Source: Mustelus asterias (taxonomy: Eukaryota). Taken from it: DNA of 64,000 nucleotides. This document shows positions 23,813-36,079 of the stretch, piece after piece (the first letter of the stretch is position 1; each line of letters opens with the position of its first letter). The stretch is from the NCBI RefSeq assembly GCF_964213995.1, contig NC_135820.1:620001-684000 (forward strand), written 5' to 3'. The position numbers were made by a program, and so were the translations under genes. Below the pieces are notes generated by a model. That model was given only the letters and a program-made list of their open reading frames with translations. It was not told the origin of the DNA and searched no databases.

Positions 23813-24424
23813 CCAAATGCTTCTTACAGTCGAACCTAGCATGGAAAAGGTGCAGCTTTCAGAAAGCACATTCTGATCTAATTACTAAGCTGAGCAACAT
23901 CACATTTCTGTTCATTACTATTCGACCATGTTGGCTGCACACAGTGAGACAATGCCTTGGTTATGATGTGTCCACACAGCAGGACTGGGGAGCAGCAGGA
24001 ATAAGGAAAAGTTTCAGCTTGCTGAGGAGAAGAAGGAAAATCTCTGGTTCCAGGTTTCTCTCCATACATTAAGAAGCACGCATGCTGATGTTCCATTGCT
24101 CTCTGTCTGCTGATAGCACTCTGCTTGGAAATTGCAGTTTATGCTGATGGGAAGAACAAGCTTTTCAGAAATAGAGGGATTGAGGAGAAAATAGGGAGGT
24201 TCTGCTGAGCATTTCTCAAGTTCTGGTTAGGTCACAACTAGAATACTGTGTCCAGTTCTGGTCCCTCACTTTGGGAAGGATGGGAGGGTCCTTGAGAGGG
24301 TACGGAGGGGGATTTACCAGAATGGGTCCAGGGATGAGGGGATTTTAGCTTGGAGGTCCGGGTTGGAGAAGCCAGGGTTGTTCCCCTTGGGACGTAGAAG
24401 ATTGAGGGGGGATTTGAGTGAGGT

Positions 24425-26890
24425 TTTGATTTGATTTGATTTATTATTGTCACATGTATTAGCATACAGTGAAAAGTATTGTTTCTTGCGCGCTATACAG
24501 ACAAAGCATACCGTTTATAGAAAAGGAAACGAGAGAGTGCAGAATGTAGTGTTACAGTCATAGCTAGGGTGGAGAGAAAGATCAACTTAATACGAGGTAG
24601 GTCCATTCAAAAGTCTGATGGCAGCAGGGAAGAAGCTGTTCTTGAGTCGGTTGGTACGTGACCTCAGACTTTTGTATCTTTTTCTCAACAGAAGAAGGTG
24701 GAAGAGAGAATGCCTTGGGTGCGTGGGATCCTTAATTATGCTGGCTGCTTTGCCGAGGCAGCGGGAAGTGTAGACAGAGTCAATGGATGGGAGGCTGGCT
24801 TGCGTTTAAGATTGGGCTACATTCACGACCTTTTGTAGTTTCTTGCGGTCTTGGGCAGAGCAGGAGCCATACCAAGCTGTGATACAACCAGAAAGAATGC
24901 TTTCTATGGTGCATCTGTGAAAGTTGGTGAGAGTCGTAGCTGACATGCCAAATTTCCTTAGTGTTCTGAGAAAGTAGAGGCGTTAGTTGGCTTTGTTAAC
25001 TATAGTGTCGGCATGGGGGGACCAGGACAGGTTGTTGGTGATCTGGACACCTAAAAACTTGAAGCTCTCAATCCTTTCTACTTCGTTCTCGTTGATGCAG
25101 ACAGGGGCATGTTCTCCTTTACGCTTCCTGAAGTCAATGACAATCTACTTTGTTTTGTACACATTGAGGGAGAGATTATTGTTGCTGCACCAGTTCACCA
25201 GATTCTCTATCTCATTCCTGTGCTCTGTCTCGTCATTGTTTGAGATCCGACCCACTACGGTGGTGTCGTCAGCAAACTTGAAAATCGAATTGGAGGGGAA
25301 TTTTGCCACACAGTCATACGTGTATAAGGAGTATAGTAGGAGGCTGAGAACACAGCCTTGTTGGGCACTGGTGTTGAGGATGATCGTGGAAGAGGTGTTG
25401 TTGCCGATCCTTACTGATTGTGGTCTGTGAGTTAGGAAGTTCAGGATCCAGTCGCAGAGGGAGGAGCCGAGGCCCAGGCCACGGAGTTTGGAGATGAGTT
25501 TCAGGAATAAGTGTTGAAGGCTGAGCTGTAGTCAATAAATAGGCGTCTGACATAGGTGTCCTTGTTATCTAGGTGTTCCAGGGTTGAGTGCAGGGCCAGG
25601 GAAATGGTGTCTGCTGTGGACCTGTTGCGGCGACAGGCAAACTATAGTGCATCCGGACAGTCCGGGAGGCTGGAATTGATTCGTGCCATAACTAACCTTT
25701 CGAAGCACTTCATAATGATGGATGTCAGAGCCACTGGCTGATAGTCATTAAGGCACGCTGCTTGGCTTTTCTTAGGTACCGGGATGATGGTCGTCTTCTT
25801 GAAGCAGATAGGGACCTCAGACTGTTGTAAAAAGAGGTTGAAGATGTCTGTGAATGCCTCCACCAGCTGATCCGCGCATCCGCGCAGCTGATCTGAGTGC
25901 TCATCCGGTTACCCAATATGGGCCAGTCGCTTTCCGTGGGTTGACCTTTGAGAAAGCTGCTGTGACATCTGCAATGGTGACCCCAGATACAGGTTCATCC
26001 AGGGTTTCCAGGGTGGAGGGCATGGTCTCGCTGACCTCTTGCTTAAAACGGGCGTAGGATGCATTGAGCTCATCAGGGAGAGGTGCGTTGGAGCCGGCGA
26101 TTTTACATGCCTTCATCTTGTAGCCTGTTATGTCTTGCAGACCTTGCCATGGTCGGCGGGAGTCGGTTTGGCTAGCCTGGGACTCTAGCTTGGTCTGGTA
26201 CTGTCTTTTGGCATCTTTGATGGATCTCCTTAGATCGTATCTGGCTTTCTTGTACAGGTCAGTGTCGCCTGACTTGAACACCTCAGACCTGGACTTCAGC
26301 AAGCAGTGGGTATCTCTGGTCATCCATGGTTTCGGGTTGGAAAACACACGGATTTGCTTCTTTGACACACAGTCTTCTGCACACTTGCTAATGAAGTCAG
26401 TTACTGTAGTGGCTACTCGTTCAGGCTGGTCACAGAGTTTTTAAATACTGACCAGTCCACTGACTCCAAGCAGCCCCGCAGGAGGTCATCCGATTCCTCA
26501 GCCCAACATTGCACGACTCTCTTTGATGGATTCTCCCGCTTCAGTTTTTGCTTGTAAGCCGGGAGCAGGAGCACAGCCTTGTGGTCTGATTTGCCAAAGT
26601 GTGGGTGGGCGATAGAGCGATAGGCATGTTTGATATTTGTGTAGTAATGGTCTAGGATGTTTGGGCCTCTGGTGGAACAGGAGATGTGTTGGTGGTAACT
26701 TGGTAGTACGCTCTTGAGCTTAGCCTGATTGAAGTCCCCGGCCATGATAAACAAGACCTCAGGATGTTTCATCTCAAGGCTATTTGTAGTGGTGTATATT
26801 TCGTCCACCGCGAACTTCACATCCGCATGGGGTGGGATGTAAACTGCCATCAGGATAACGGAGGTGAACTCCTGCGGAAGGTAGTAGGGG
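24425..26890 (-). mobile_element. Rex1/Babar LINE (EN-RT remnants, frameshifted) inserted in an older CR1 fragment (~24220-27260)
   Basis: AVYIPPHAD...AGDFNQ...FGKSDH (APE endonuclease); [16 protein letters not shown] (RT); (AAATC)n tail. Confidence 0.88.
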
Positions 26891-27386
26891 TGTGTGTTAC
26901 AAGATGGTGACAGATTTAGATGAGGCAAACAATGAAAAGGTGTTGCTGGTATTTGATGGTTCAAGGACTGAGGGAGGGGGGCACAGAATTAATGTTTTTG
27001 GTAGTGAAGCTGATTTGAGGAAGATCTTTTTGTCCAGTGAGTGGTAACAACCTGGAACCCACTGTATACGAAGGGGGTGAAAGCAGAGACGATGAATGAT
27101 TTCAAAAGGAAATTGGATGGAGACTTGAGGGTAATAAACTTGCAGCGATACGGGGAGAGAGCGAGGGGAATGGGAATGACTGGATTGACCTATAGAGAGA
27201 TAGTATGGACTGGACAGGCTAAATGGCCTCCTCCACTGCCAGAATGACTCTTTGACACTAAAGTGATTCTAACCAGGACCACTGAGTGGTTTCATTGCAA
27301 CTTAACCCAACAGCGCACGTTATTTGTCTTCACTGACAGACGAGATCGTTACTGTATGAAGCTTTAAACAATCTGTCCGCTTCCTT

Positions 27387-27496
27387 TCACTGTTTGTCGC
27401 TGCCAGACACAAACCCAGTGATAACGACACCCACAGTGAATATCATAGCTCGTATTCCCAGGATCAGGATCACGTTCAGAATCTCTCCTCCACTGT
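27387..27496 (-). pseudogene. Candidate TM exon with intramembrane Arg and very short tail (gene B)
   Basis: ctag|AC AGT... phase 1: SGGEILNVILILGIRAMIFTVGVVITGFVSGSDKQ*; weak polypyrimidine tract. Confidence 0.45.
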
Positions 27497-27524
27497 CTAG
27501 TTCCTGTCTCTGCCCAGAGAGTGC

Positions 27525-27610
27525 GGAGAATGTGGGACTCGTTCCCACGGGGAGTGGGAAGAATGTGGGACTCGTTCCCACGGGGAGTGGGGAGAATGTG
27601 GGACTCGCTC
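27525..27610. repeat. ~2.5 x 33-bp tandem repeat (GAGAATGTGGGACTCGTTCCCACGGGGAGTGGG)
   Basis: Visible tandem units, unrelated to the other 33-mer. Confidence 0.8.
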
Positions 27611-28171
27611 ATTCTCTTGCCCCCAAAGGGAGAGGGGAGGATGTGTGTCTTGCTCCTGGAGGGACTGGTTGAGATGAATCGTATCGATGCCTTTTAGGGG
27701 GAAGTTGTATAAACACTTGAGGGAGAAAAGAATAGAAGGAAACAGTGATGGGGTCAGATGAAAAGAGGGAGGTGGAAGGAGATTTGTGTGGAGCTGAAAA
27801 ATTGGCAGAAAACAAATGGGCTGAATCGCTGGGGATACTGCGTAATTCAGAATTAAAATACGAGAACCAAGAAGAGGGAGGAAATGTTCGAGAAATCACC
27901 TCTGCAACACCCTGAGGCAATCAGAAACCACTGCAGGAAACCACACAGTCCATGTAATTACCTGTTAATCCACTTCACATTTCTATAATGTGACCCAGGA
28001 GAGATTTACTGGAATGGTTCCAGAGATGAGGGGCCTTCAGTTCACCGGAGAGACTGGGACAAGCTTGGATTGTTCCCCTTAGAGCAGAGAAGGTTAAGAG
28101 GGAGATTGAATTAAGGTGTTTGAATAGAATCAATAAGGAGAACATGGCTGGAGGCTTTTTTTTTCTCTCAG

Positions 28172-28530
28172 GGGATGTGGGCATCGCTGGGTGGTCCAAT
28201 ATTTATTGCCCATCCCTAATTTGTCCTTGAACTGAGTAGTTTGCTATTCTATGTCAGAGGGCAGTTGAGAGTCAACCACTTTGCTATGGGTCTGGAGTCA
28301 CGTGCAGGCCAGACCAGGTAAGTACGGCGGATTTCCTTCCCTGAAGGGGACATCAGTGAACCAGGTGGGTTTTTACAACAATGGGCAAGAGCTTCATGGT
28401 CATCATTTAACTGCAGATTTGTTATTGAATTCAAATTTACTATCCGCTGTGGTGGAATTCGAACCCAGGTCCCAAGAGCATTAACCTGGGTCTCTGGATT
28501 ACTCGTCCACTGACAGTACCACTGCACCCC
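28172..28530 (-). mobile_element. tRNA-derived SINE whose 3' tail resembles the LINE at 19650-20810
   Basis: Head GGTGCAGTGGTA...GGGTTCGAATTCC (A/B boxes); tail AGGGATGGGCAATAAAT...CCAGCGATGCCCACATCCC. Confidence 0.7.
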
Positions 28531-29907
28531 AGCCCCTGGTAATTAGAAAACAGATTGGAGAGAATTGGTAAAAGAACCAGAGGTGGGGGAGATGAGGAGA
28601 ATTTTATTTTGGACACACAGCGAGTTGTTGTGATCTGGAAGGCGCTGCCTGAAAGGGCGGTGGAAGCAGATTCAATTAAAACTTTCAAAAGGGGCAATTG
28701 GAGAAATACTGGAAGGAGGAAAATTTACAGGGATATGAGGGGAAAAGCAGGGAGGAACAGTGGGGAGTAATTCAAATAGGCTCGATGAGCTGAATGGCCT
28801 CCTGTGCTGTATTCTATGATTCCATGATCTCTCCCCCAGTCAAGGGCCGGGATTCTACTGCCCCGTCCACCACAGGAATCAGAGCAGGTGAGGGGCAGAC
28901 AATGGTAAAGTCCGTTGACCTCGGGCGGAATTTTCCGGTTTCATGATGAGCAAGGGACTTTACTTGAATTTCAGGATCATTGCAAGATTACTCCCACTGC
29001 ATCCTCAATCTTTGCAGCTACTTCTGTTAATATCCTGGGATGCAACATATCAGGTGCTGGGGACTTAACGGTCTATAGTTCCATCAGTTTCCCAAATACT
29101 TTTTCTCGTGATAATTATTGTATCTATTTCCTCCCCCCCCCCACCACCACCGTCTCCCCCCCACCCATTTTGCTGCCCCTCGATTATTTTGCATTTTTGG
29201 ATGTTATTAGTGTCTTCCTATATGAACACTGAACAAAGTATTTATTTAACTCCTCTGCCATTTCCTGGTTCCGCATTATTACCTCCCCAGTCTCACTCTC
29301 TAAATGCGCTATGTTCACTTTGGCCTCTTGCTTCCTTTGTATATATTTGACGAGGCTCTGACGGGGAATAAAGCCAAATGCTTTGCCCTCAGTTCAATTC
29401 TGAACTGTTCACTTGTTCCATAATATTAACCCAAAACACAGCTTATTATAACACAGTGATTATCAATAACCTGGTGATAGCTTCAGTTCAGTCCGAAAGC
29501 AACCTCTGATACTCATTTTAATGTCAATGATTAAATGTACTGACTGCGTCCATCGATAACCTTCCTTCCAACATAAGGACAGAAGTGGGGATGTTCACTG
29601 ACGACTGCACAATATTAAGTGCCATTCGTGACTCCTTAGATTCTGAAGCAGTCCATGTAAAAATGGAGCAAGACCTGGGCAATATCCAGGATTGGGCACA
29701 CATGTCGCAAGTAACATCCACGCCACACAAGTGCCAGGCAATGACCATATCCAACAAGAAAGCATATAACCACCGCCCCTTGACATCCAATGGCATTACC
29801 ATTGCTGAATCCCCCACTATCAACATCCTGGGGGTTACCATTATAATGCCCTAACTACATCTTATTATCTTACGTGAATTGTTGAATAATCATAACACAT
29901 CACTTAC

Positions 29908-30276
29908 CAGAAACATGAAGCCGTGTTACAGGCAAATAGCTGTAGCTATTCCTGCTGCCAAATTCTATTCTGAAATAATAAGGTCCAGCATCTTCCCATC
30001 TGACGTTGCTTATAATTAGGGAACAGTTGCCATCTTTCAGGTCTCTAGACAGCCGGGTTCGATTGTGGAACCGTGGCAACTTGTGATTGTGATCCTTGGA
30101 GTAGAAAGCGAGGAGGACATTGGGAATATGTTCCTCATTATCAAACCAGCCTCCATCTCGTGGTTGATTCTCCAGACATGATGGGTAACTGTAATGGCAT
30201 GGAATCTGTACACCTGAACCTTCCTGCGCTGTCACCTCTCGTGGAGTGTCACCTTTCTACTCTTGTGACAGTTCAG
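29908..30276 (-). pseudogene. Gene B second V-set exon (pseudo)
   Basis: Acceptor AG->AA; in-frame TAG at 30259-30257 (Trp codon in paralogs); SCVQ->SGVQ; donor intact; YYFR retained. Confidence 0.88.
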
Positions 30277-30504
30277 TTGCGGACAGAAATATCAACATTT
30301 AACACGAGATGGGTTATAGATCCACTGGACGCAAAATGTACAGATGAGAGTGATTGGGGGATAGGCAATACTGAGGAGTCTACAATCAATCTGTTTGGCA
30401 GGATGGATACAAAAACAGAATATTATTTAAAATGAAAGGGATTACAGACTGGAGTACAGAGGGATCTGAGCGTCCTTGTCCATGAATCACAAAATGTTTG
30501 CATT

Positions 30505-32447
30505 TGTTAGGGACCAGATCATAAATCCTAAGGTATATTATGAAGTTAGACTAGACCACAACTACTTTTCTTTATTTTGGCATTAGTGTAAGTTTCACTA
30601 TAGGTATGATTCTATTGACACACTAGGAAGTTTTCATCAAAACAATCTTTATTTGACAATGCAATTTAACTATAACAAATGAATTAGCTTAATTTTTACC
30701 AATTGAAATACTTAGACATGAGATGATACAATTAACTGCCAGTCTACCTCTATTAGTTCCAATTTAAGCAATATTCCACATAGACTTAAACACCTCGTCA
30801 AAAGCAGTTTGCAAACAACACAGGCTAACATGTTTCTTTACTTGTTAACAGTCATAGAGCCTTTGAATACTTCTGGAGAGATAGACAGAGACACCTGTTT
30901 TCTGGCAGCCCCAAACAGCAGCCTCCAGCGAGAGAGACCATAAGACCATAAGACATAGGAGCGGAAGTAAGGCCATTCGGCCCATCGAGTCCACTCCACC
31001 ATTCAATCATGGTTGATTTCAACTCCATTTACCCGCTCTCTCCCCATAGCCCTTAATTCCTCGAGAAATCAAGAATTTATCAATTTCTGTCTTGAAGACG
31101 CTCAACGTCTCGGCCTCCACAGCCCTCTGTGGCAATGAATTCCACAGACCTACCACTCTCTGGCTGAAGAAATTTCTCCTCATCTCTGTTCTAAAGTGAC
31201 TCCCTTTTATTCTAAGGCTGTGCCCCCGCGTCCTAGTCTCCCCTGCTAATGGAAACAACTTCCCTACGTCCATCCTATCTAAGCCGTTCATTATCTTGTA
31301 AGTTTCTATTAGATCTCCCCTCAACCTCCTAAACTCCAATGAATATAATCCCACGATCCTCAGACGTTCATCGTATGTCAGGCCTACCATTCCTGGGATC
31401 ATCCGTGTGAATCTCCGCTGGACCCGCTCCAGTGCCAGTATGTCCTTCCTGAGGTGTGGGGCCCAAAATTGCTCACAGTACTCCAAATGGGGCCTAACCA
31501 GTGCTTTATAAAGCCTCAGAAGTACATCCCTGCTTTTGTATTCCAAGCCTCTTGAGATAAATGACAACATTACATTTGCTTTCTTAATTACGGACTCAAT
31601 CTGCAAGTTTACCTTTAGAGAATCCTGGACTAGGACTCCCAAGTCCCTTTGCACTTTAGCATTATGAATTTTGTCACCGTTTAGAAAATAGTCCATGCCT
31701 CTATTCTTTTTTCCAAAGTGCAAGACCTCGCACTTGCCCACATTGAATTTCATCAGCCACTTCTTGGACCACTCTCCTAAACTGTCTAAATCTTTCTGCA
31801 GCCTCCCCACCTCCTCTATACTACCTGCCCCTCCACCTATCTTTGTATCATCGGCAAACTTGGCCAGAATGCTCCCAGTCCCGTCATCTAGATCGTTAAT
31901 ATATAAAGAGAACAGCTGTGGCCCCAACACTGAACCCTGCGGGACACCACTTGTCACCGGTTGCCATTCTGAGAAAGAACCTTTTATCCCAACTCTCTGC
32001 CTTCTGTCTGACAGCCAATCGTCAATCCATGTTAGTACCTTGCCTCGAATACCATGGGCCCTTATTTTACTCAGCAGTCTCCCGTGAGGCACCTTGTGAG
32101 AGAGAGAGAGACACCCCTTGCTTTTTTCAAGACCATGCTTCTTTCAGAACTGCTTGCTTCTCCTGTTCGCTTAGGTCCTCCCATTAGCATATGACTCTCT
32201 AGTCAATCAGTCGAATCAAAACCCTGCTCTGGAACCCCAGAGAGAAAACCAAAAGTAAATAAAAATGCATTAACTCAGATTAAAACAAACACCCCATTAT
32301 CCAGGATCAATTATTAATCTGCATTCTCAGCATGCGAACTGCCCTGAACGGAGCAATCGGCACCATGTAAACAGAGTGGAATTCTAAACATACCCTTTAT
32401 AACAAACATGTAAGAAATACATTTCTTAAAGGCAAGGAGTCATCACA
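30505..32447. mobile_element. Solo LTR (TG...CA, 4-bp TSD CATT) interrupted by a young CR1
   Basis: catt|TGTTAGGG...CATCACA|catt. Confidence 0.65.
30937..32097 (-). mobile_element. Young CR1 LINE, 5'-truncated, open 357-aa RT ORF
   Basis: VTSGVPQGSVLGP...KFADDTK; (CTTATGGT)n-type tail; inserted in an (AG)n tract. Confidence 0.93.
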
Positions 32448-32519
32448 CATTCCGCTACAAGAAATGATAGAGCCATAGTCCCATAAAATCCTTACAGTGC
32501 AGAATGAGGCGATCCAACC

Positions 32520-33950
32520 CTCCGAGAGAGCACCTTACCCTGGTAACAAATGTATGGATGAGAGTTTCAGCAATTGATGTGCTGAGATGGGGTAAAGTTG
32601 CGTGATGTTCCAGAGATGGAATTAGGTGGTCTTAGTGATGGCACGGATATGAGGTCAGAAATTCATCTCAGGATCAAATGTGACACCAAAATTACGACCA
32701 GATTGGATTAATGTCAGAGAGCTTCCAGGGAGAGGGATGGAGTCGGTCGCTCGGGAACGGAGTTTGGAATAGGGACTGTAAACAATGGTTTTCATTGGAG
32801 GAGGATGGTGCGGTCACCGTGTCAAAGGCTGCAGACAGGTGGAGAAGGACGAGGAGAGAAAGTTTCCCTTTGTCACAGACACACAGGGTGTCATCAGTGA
32901 CTTTGATAAGAAATGTTTCAGTACTGTGGCCGGGGCAGCAACCTGATTGGAGGAATTCAACCATGGAGTTCCGGGAAAGATGGGAACGGATTCAGGAGAT
33001 GAAAACACGTTCAAGAACTTTGGAGGTGGGAGAGAGGTTGGAGACAGGACAGGAGTTTATAAGGATGGAGTGGTCAAGATTTGTCTTTTGAGGAGATGGT
33101 TGATCTGAAGGAGAGAGGAGTGACAAACAACAAAAGTGAACTATTAACAATGTCAGCTGGCATGGAGACCAGGAGGGGACATTGTCCAGTCAGCAGTTTG
33201 CTGGGAAAAGGGTCAAGGGAACAGGAGGTGGCTTTCATGGACAAGCTGTGTTCAGAATGGGAATGAAGGAAGAAAGGAGGGAAACTGGGGAAAGATGTGA
33301 GTTCAGGGAGAGGGTCGGGATGCAGGTGCATCAGAGGAATTTTGTCCCAGTGGTTATTGGAAGGGAGGGACACGGCACAAGTAGCTGATTGGCTTGTCTC
33401 AATCTTAGTGACCGAGGATCCATGAGTTATCAGCAGCTGGTCTTCCTTTAGGAGAATGTTTTCCTTGTGGGCATCAGGTGGAGAGTGATCTCAGAGGAGA
33501 GAGAGCAGGATGTATTAAGATGGAGATTGAGATCTCTGAGAATAAGAATTCATTTAGTGCAGTGACTGAGTGAGGAAAGCAGTGAAGATGTTCTGGTGAG
33601 AACATTTTTATCATATCTGGGAGGGCGATGGAGAACGGGGATTTTGAAAGAGAGGTGAGAGGGATAGAACACGGTGAGATGTTCAAAAGAGGAGAAAGTG
33701 ACAGAGGAGTCGGGGAGTCGGGAAACAGTGGGGCGGGGGGGGCGTGGTCAGGTCAAGGTGAGATTTGGTGATAAGCTCCACACTACCATCACACCTGATT
33801 TGACAGAGTGACTGGTGGAGGCTGTAGCCAGGAGTGGGGGGGGCGGGGGGAGGGGGGATCAGGTTAAAAAAGTGATTTGGTAATTAGATCCTCTCCACCG
33901 CCACCGATTTTGACAGAGTATTGGAGGTGTAGACAGGAATGGCGGGGGGG
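32520..33950 (-). mobile_element. Degenerate L2-clade LINE
   Basis: HSTETFLIKVTDD...LLVLLHLSAAFDTV (RT); SCSLDPFPSKLL; endonuclease remnant ~33450-33700. Confidence 0.75.
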
Positions 33951-34170
33951 GGGGGGGGGGGGCTTCGTTGAAGGGGAAGGTGTCATCACTCCTCAGCTAT
34001 GTTTACATTAAGGTGAAGATCTTTGTTCAATATGTCGATTCAATCAGATACAAGTTCATGGATCATTAAAAATAGTGACACTGGTTAACACAGCCACAAA
34101 ACAAGCAAATCAAACATTGGGATGTGTTATTTCCTATTGAGTGTGGGGTGTGAGTTCAGTAATTATAACA

Positions 34171-34536
34171 CAGAAACATGAAGCCGGGTCACAGGATAGT
34201 AGCTGTAACTATTCTTGTCAGTAAATTCTATTTTGAAATAATATGGTCCTGCATCTGCCCATCTGATGTTGTTTATAATGAGGGAACAGTTGCCATCTTT
34301 CAGGTCTCCAGACAGCCGGGTCTGCTGGTGGAACCATGATGATATACTATTGTGATCCTTGGAGTGAATGGCTATAGAGGATGTTCCCTGTTTCTCGTTA
34401 TTGTACCAGATTCCATCTCGCGGCTGGTTTGCCAAATGTGATGGATAACTGTAATGACGTGGAATCTGTACACACGAACCGTTCTGCGCTGTCATCTCTC
34501 GTGGAATGTTGCTTTTCCACTTCTGTGATAGTCCAA
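34171..34536 (-). pseudogene. Gene B first V-set exon (pseudo)
   Basis: Open frame, but B-strand Cys->Arg (IPRH), essential Arg->Lys (YYFK), and splice donor removed by a 10-nt deletion between CAGAA repeats. Confidence 0.88.
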
Positions 34537-35759
34537 CTAGGGAGAGAAATATCAACATTTAACACTGGATGGATTGCAGATCCACCAGACTCGATATCCA
34601 CCCCGTCCGTCACTGGTGCACAGTGGCTGCAATATGGACCATCTACAGGACACACAAGGAACTCTCCAATGTTTCACAATGGATGGATGGAAATCCCCGT
34701 TCTCCATCGCCCTCCCAGATATGATAAAAATGTTCTCACCAGAATATCTTCACTGCTTTCCTCACTCAGTCACTGCACTAAATGAATTCTTATTCTCAGA
34801 GATCTCAATCTCCATCTTAATACATCCTGCTCTCTCTCCTCTGAGATCACTCTCCACCTGATGTCCACAAGGAAAACATTCTCCTAAATGGCTCATGGTC
34901 CTCAGGACGCTGTTTAATGAAGCCAGTCTCCACCCAACACAATGTTTACAAGACACACCAATGGAGGTGCATTCAGTGCTGATCGACAAGGCAGGACAAT
35001 GGATTAGGTGTCCCCATAGCTCCCACCATTTTCACCGTCACGAATCACTCATTAGCCTCACCTTCCTGGATCCTCAGTGTCTCAGACAGTGGTTCTGATT
35101 GTAATTTGCTTTTAAGGGATAAAAAGTATCACATCACTCGTGGGGAAGTATGTGATCTAGTCTTAGTTTCACTTTGACCTGTGAGCAGAACACAGCACAC
35201 ACGGCTCTGCTGCTGGTGTCTTCAAGCTTTCTACCCATGTACATGTTTTCATGTGCCTAGTCTAAATAATTGAATCCACAACATATTTATATAATCCCTA
35301 GTGGGTGATTGGTGCTTTTATATCATCATGAAAACACAACATGATGTTCAGCGGTGGTCAAACATTCTGGCAGCAAGATTCAGTACAGGTACGACACGGT
35401 GAACAGCCTTCAGTCACGCTACATAACATGAGACCACCCTGGACACTTTGATCAGACACAACAGTTGCAGTGTCGGAGAATGTTGATTTCACAGCTGCTG
35501 ACTGTACAGGAAATCTTTGAAAACAGAAACACAGACATGAAGTGATTGACAAACCAAAAGATGACAGTGATGTGCACAATGAGAGGAAGAGCGTTGATCG
35601 ATATTTCACTTTATACACATATCCTGAAATGGCCCAACAATGAATTGCAGACCGTAATCCATAAAGATCTCTGAAATTAAAATATTCAGAGTGTGTGTAA
35701 CAGTTGTGCTCGGTGATGTTATCGTCCAAACTGATGTTACCACTGGACAACTCAAATAG

Positions 35760-35960
35760 CAGAAACAGAAAATGCTGGAAAATCTCCACAGGTCTGACAG
35801 CCTCTGTGGGGAGAGAATAGAACCAACATTTTGAGTCAGAGCTTGAAAGACTCGAAACGTTGGCTGTATTCTCTCCTCACAGAGGCTGTCAGACCTGCTG
35901 AGATTTTCCAGCATTTTCTGTTTTTGTTTCAGATTCCAGCATTCACAGTATTTTGCTTTT
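35760..35960. mobile_element. Short Penelope-type non-autonomous element in inverted (palindromic) arrangement; related single copies ~47540-47625 and ~51805-51903
   Basis: Arms GAAAATGCTGGAAAATCTC...GAGTC / GACTCGAAACGTTGG...GAGATTTTCCAGCATTTTC. Confidence 0.6.
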
Positions 35961-36079
35961 AACTCAGATACCAAATTGGAAACTGGGCTGATAGATCCTA
36001 ACTTTTATCTTTTGTCAGATACGGGGAAGGAGGCTACTGAGCAGAGTCACAGGAGTCAGCTGATGAACTTTTAACAAGT

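Noticed and set aside
31019-32092. Long RT ORFs (also 46456-47382, 59719-60834) as host or domesticated genes
   Set aside because: 5'-truncated young CR1 copies with intact 3' tails; ordinary retroposition
33720-33962. G-runs with G-quadruplex potential (also C-run 9699-9726)
   Set aside because: Lie in TE remnants or homopolymers, are not conserved in paralogs, and are error-prone in length
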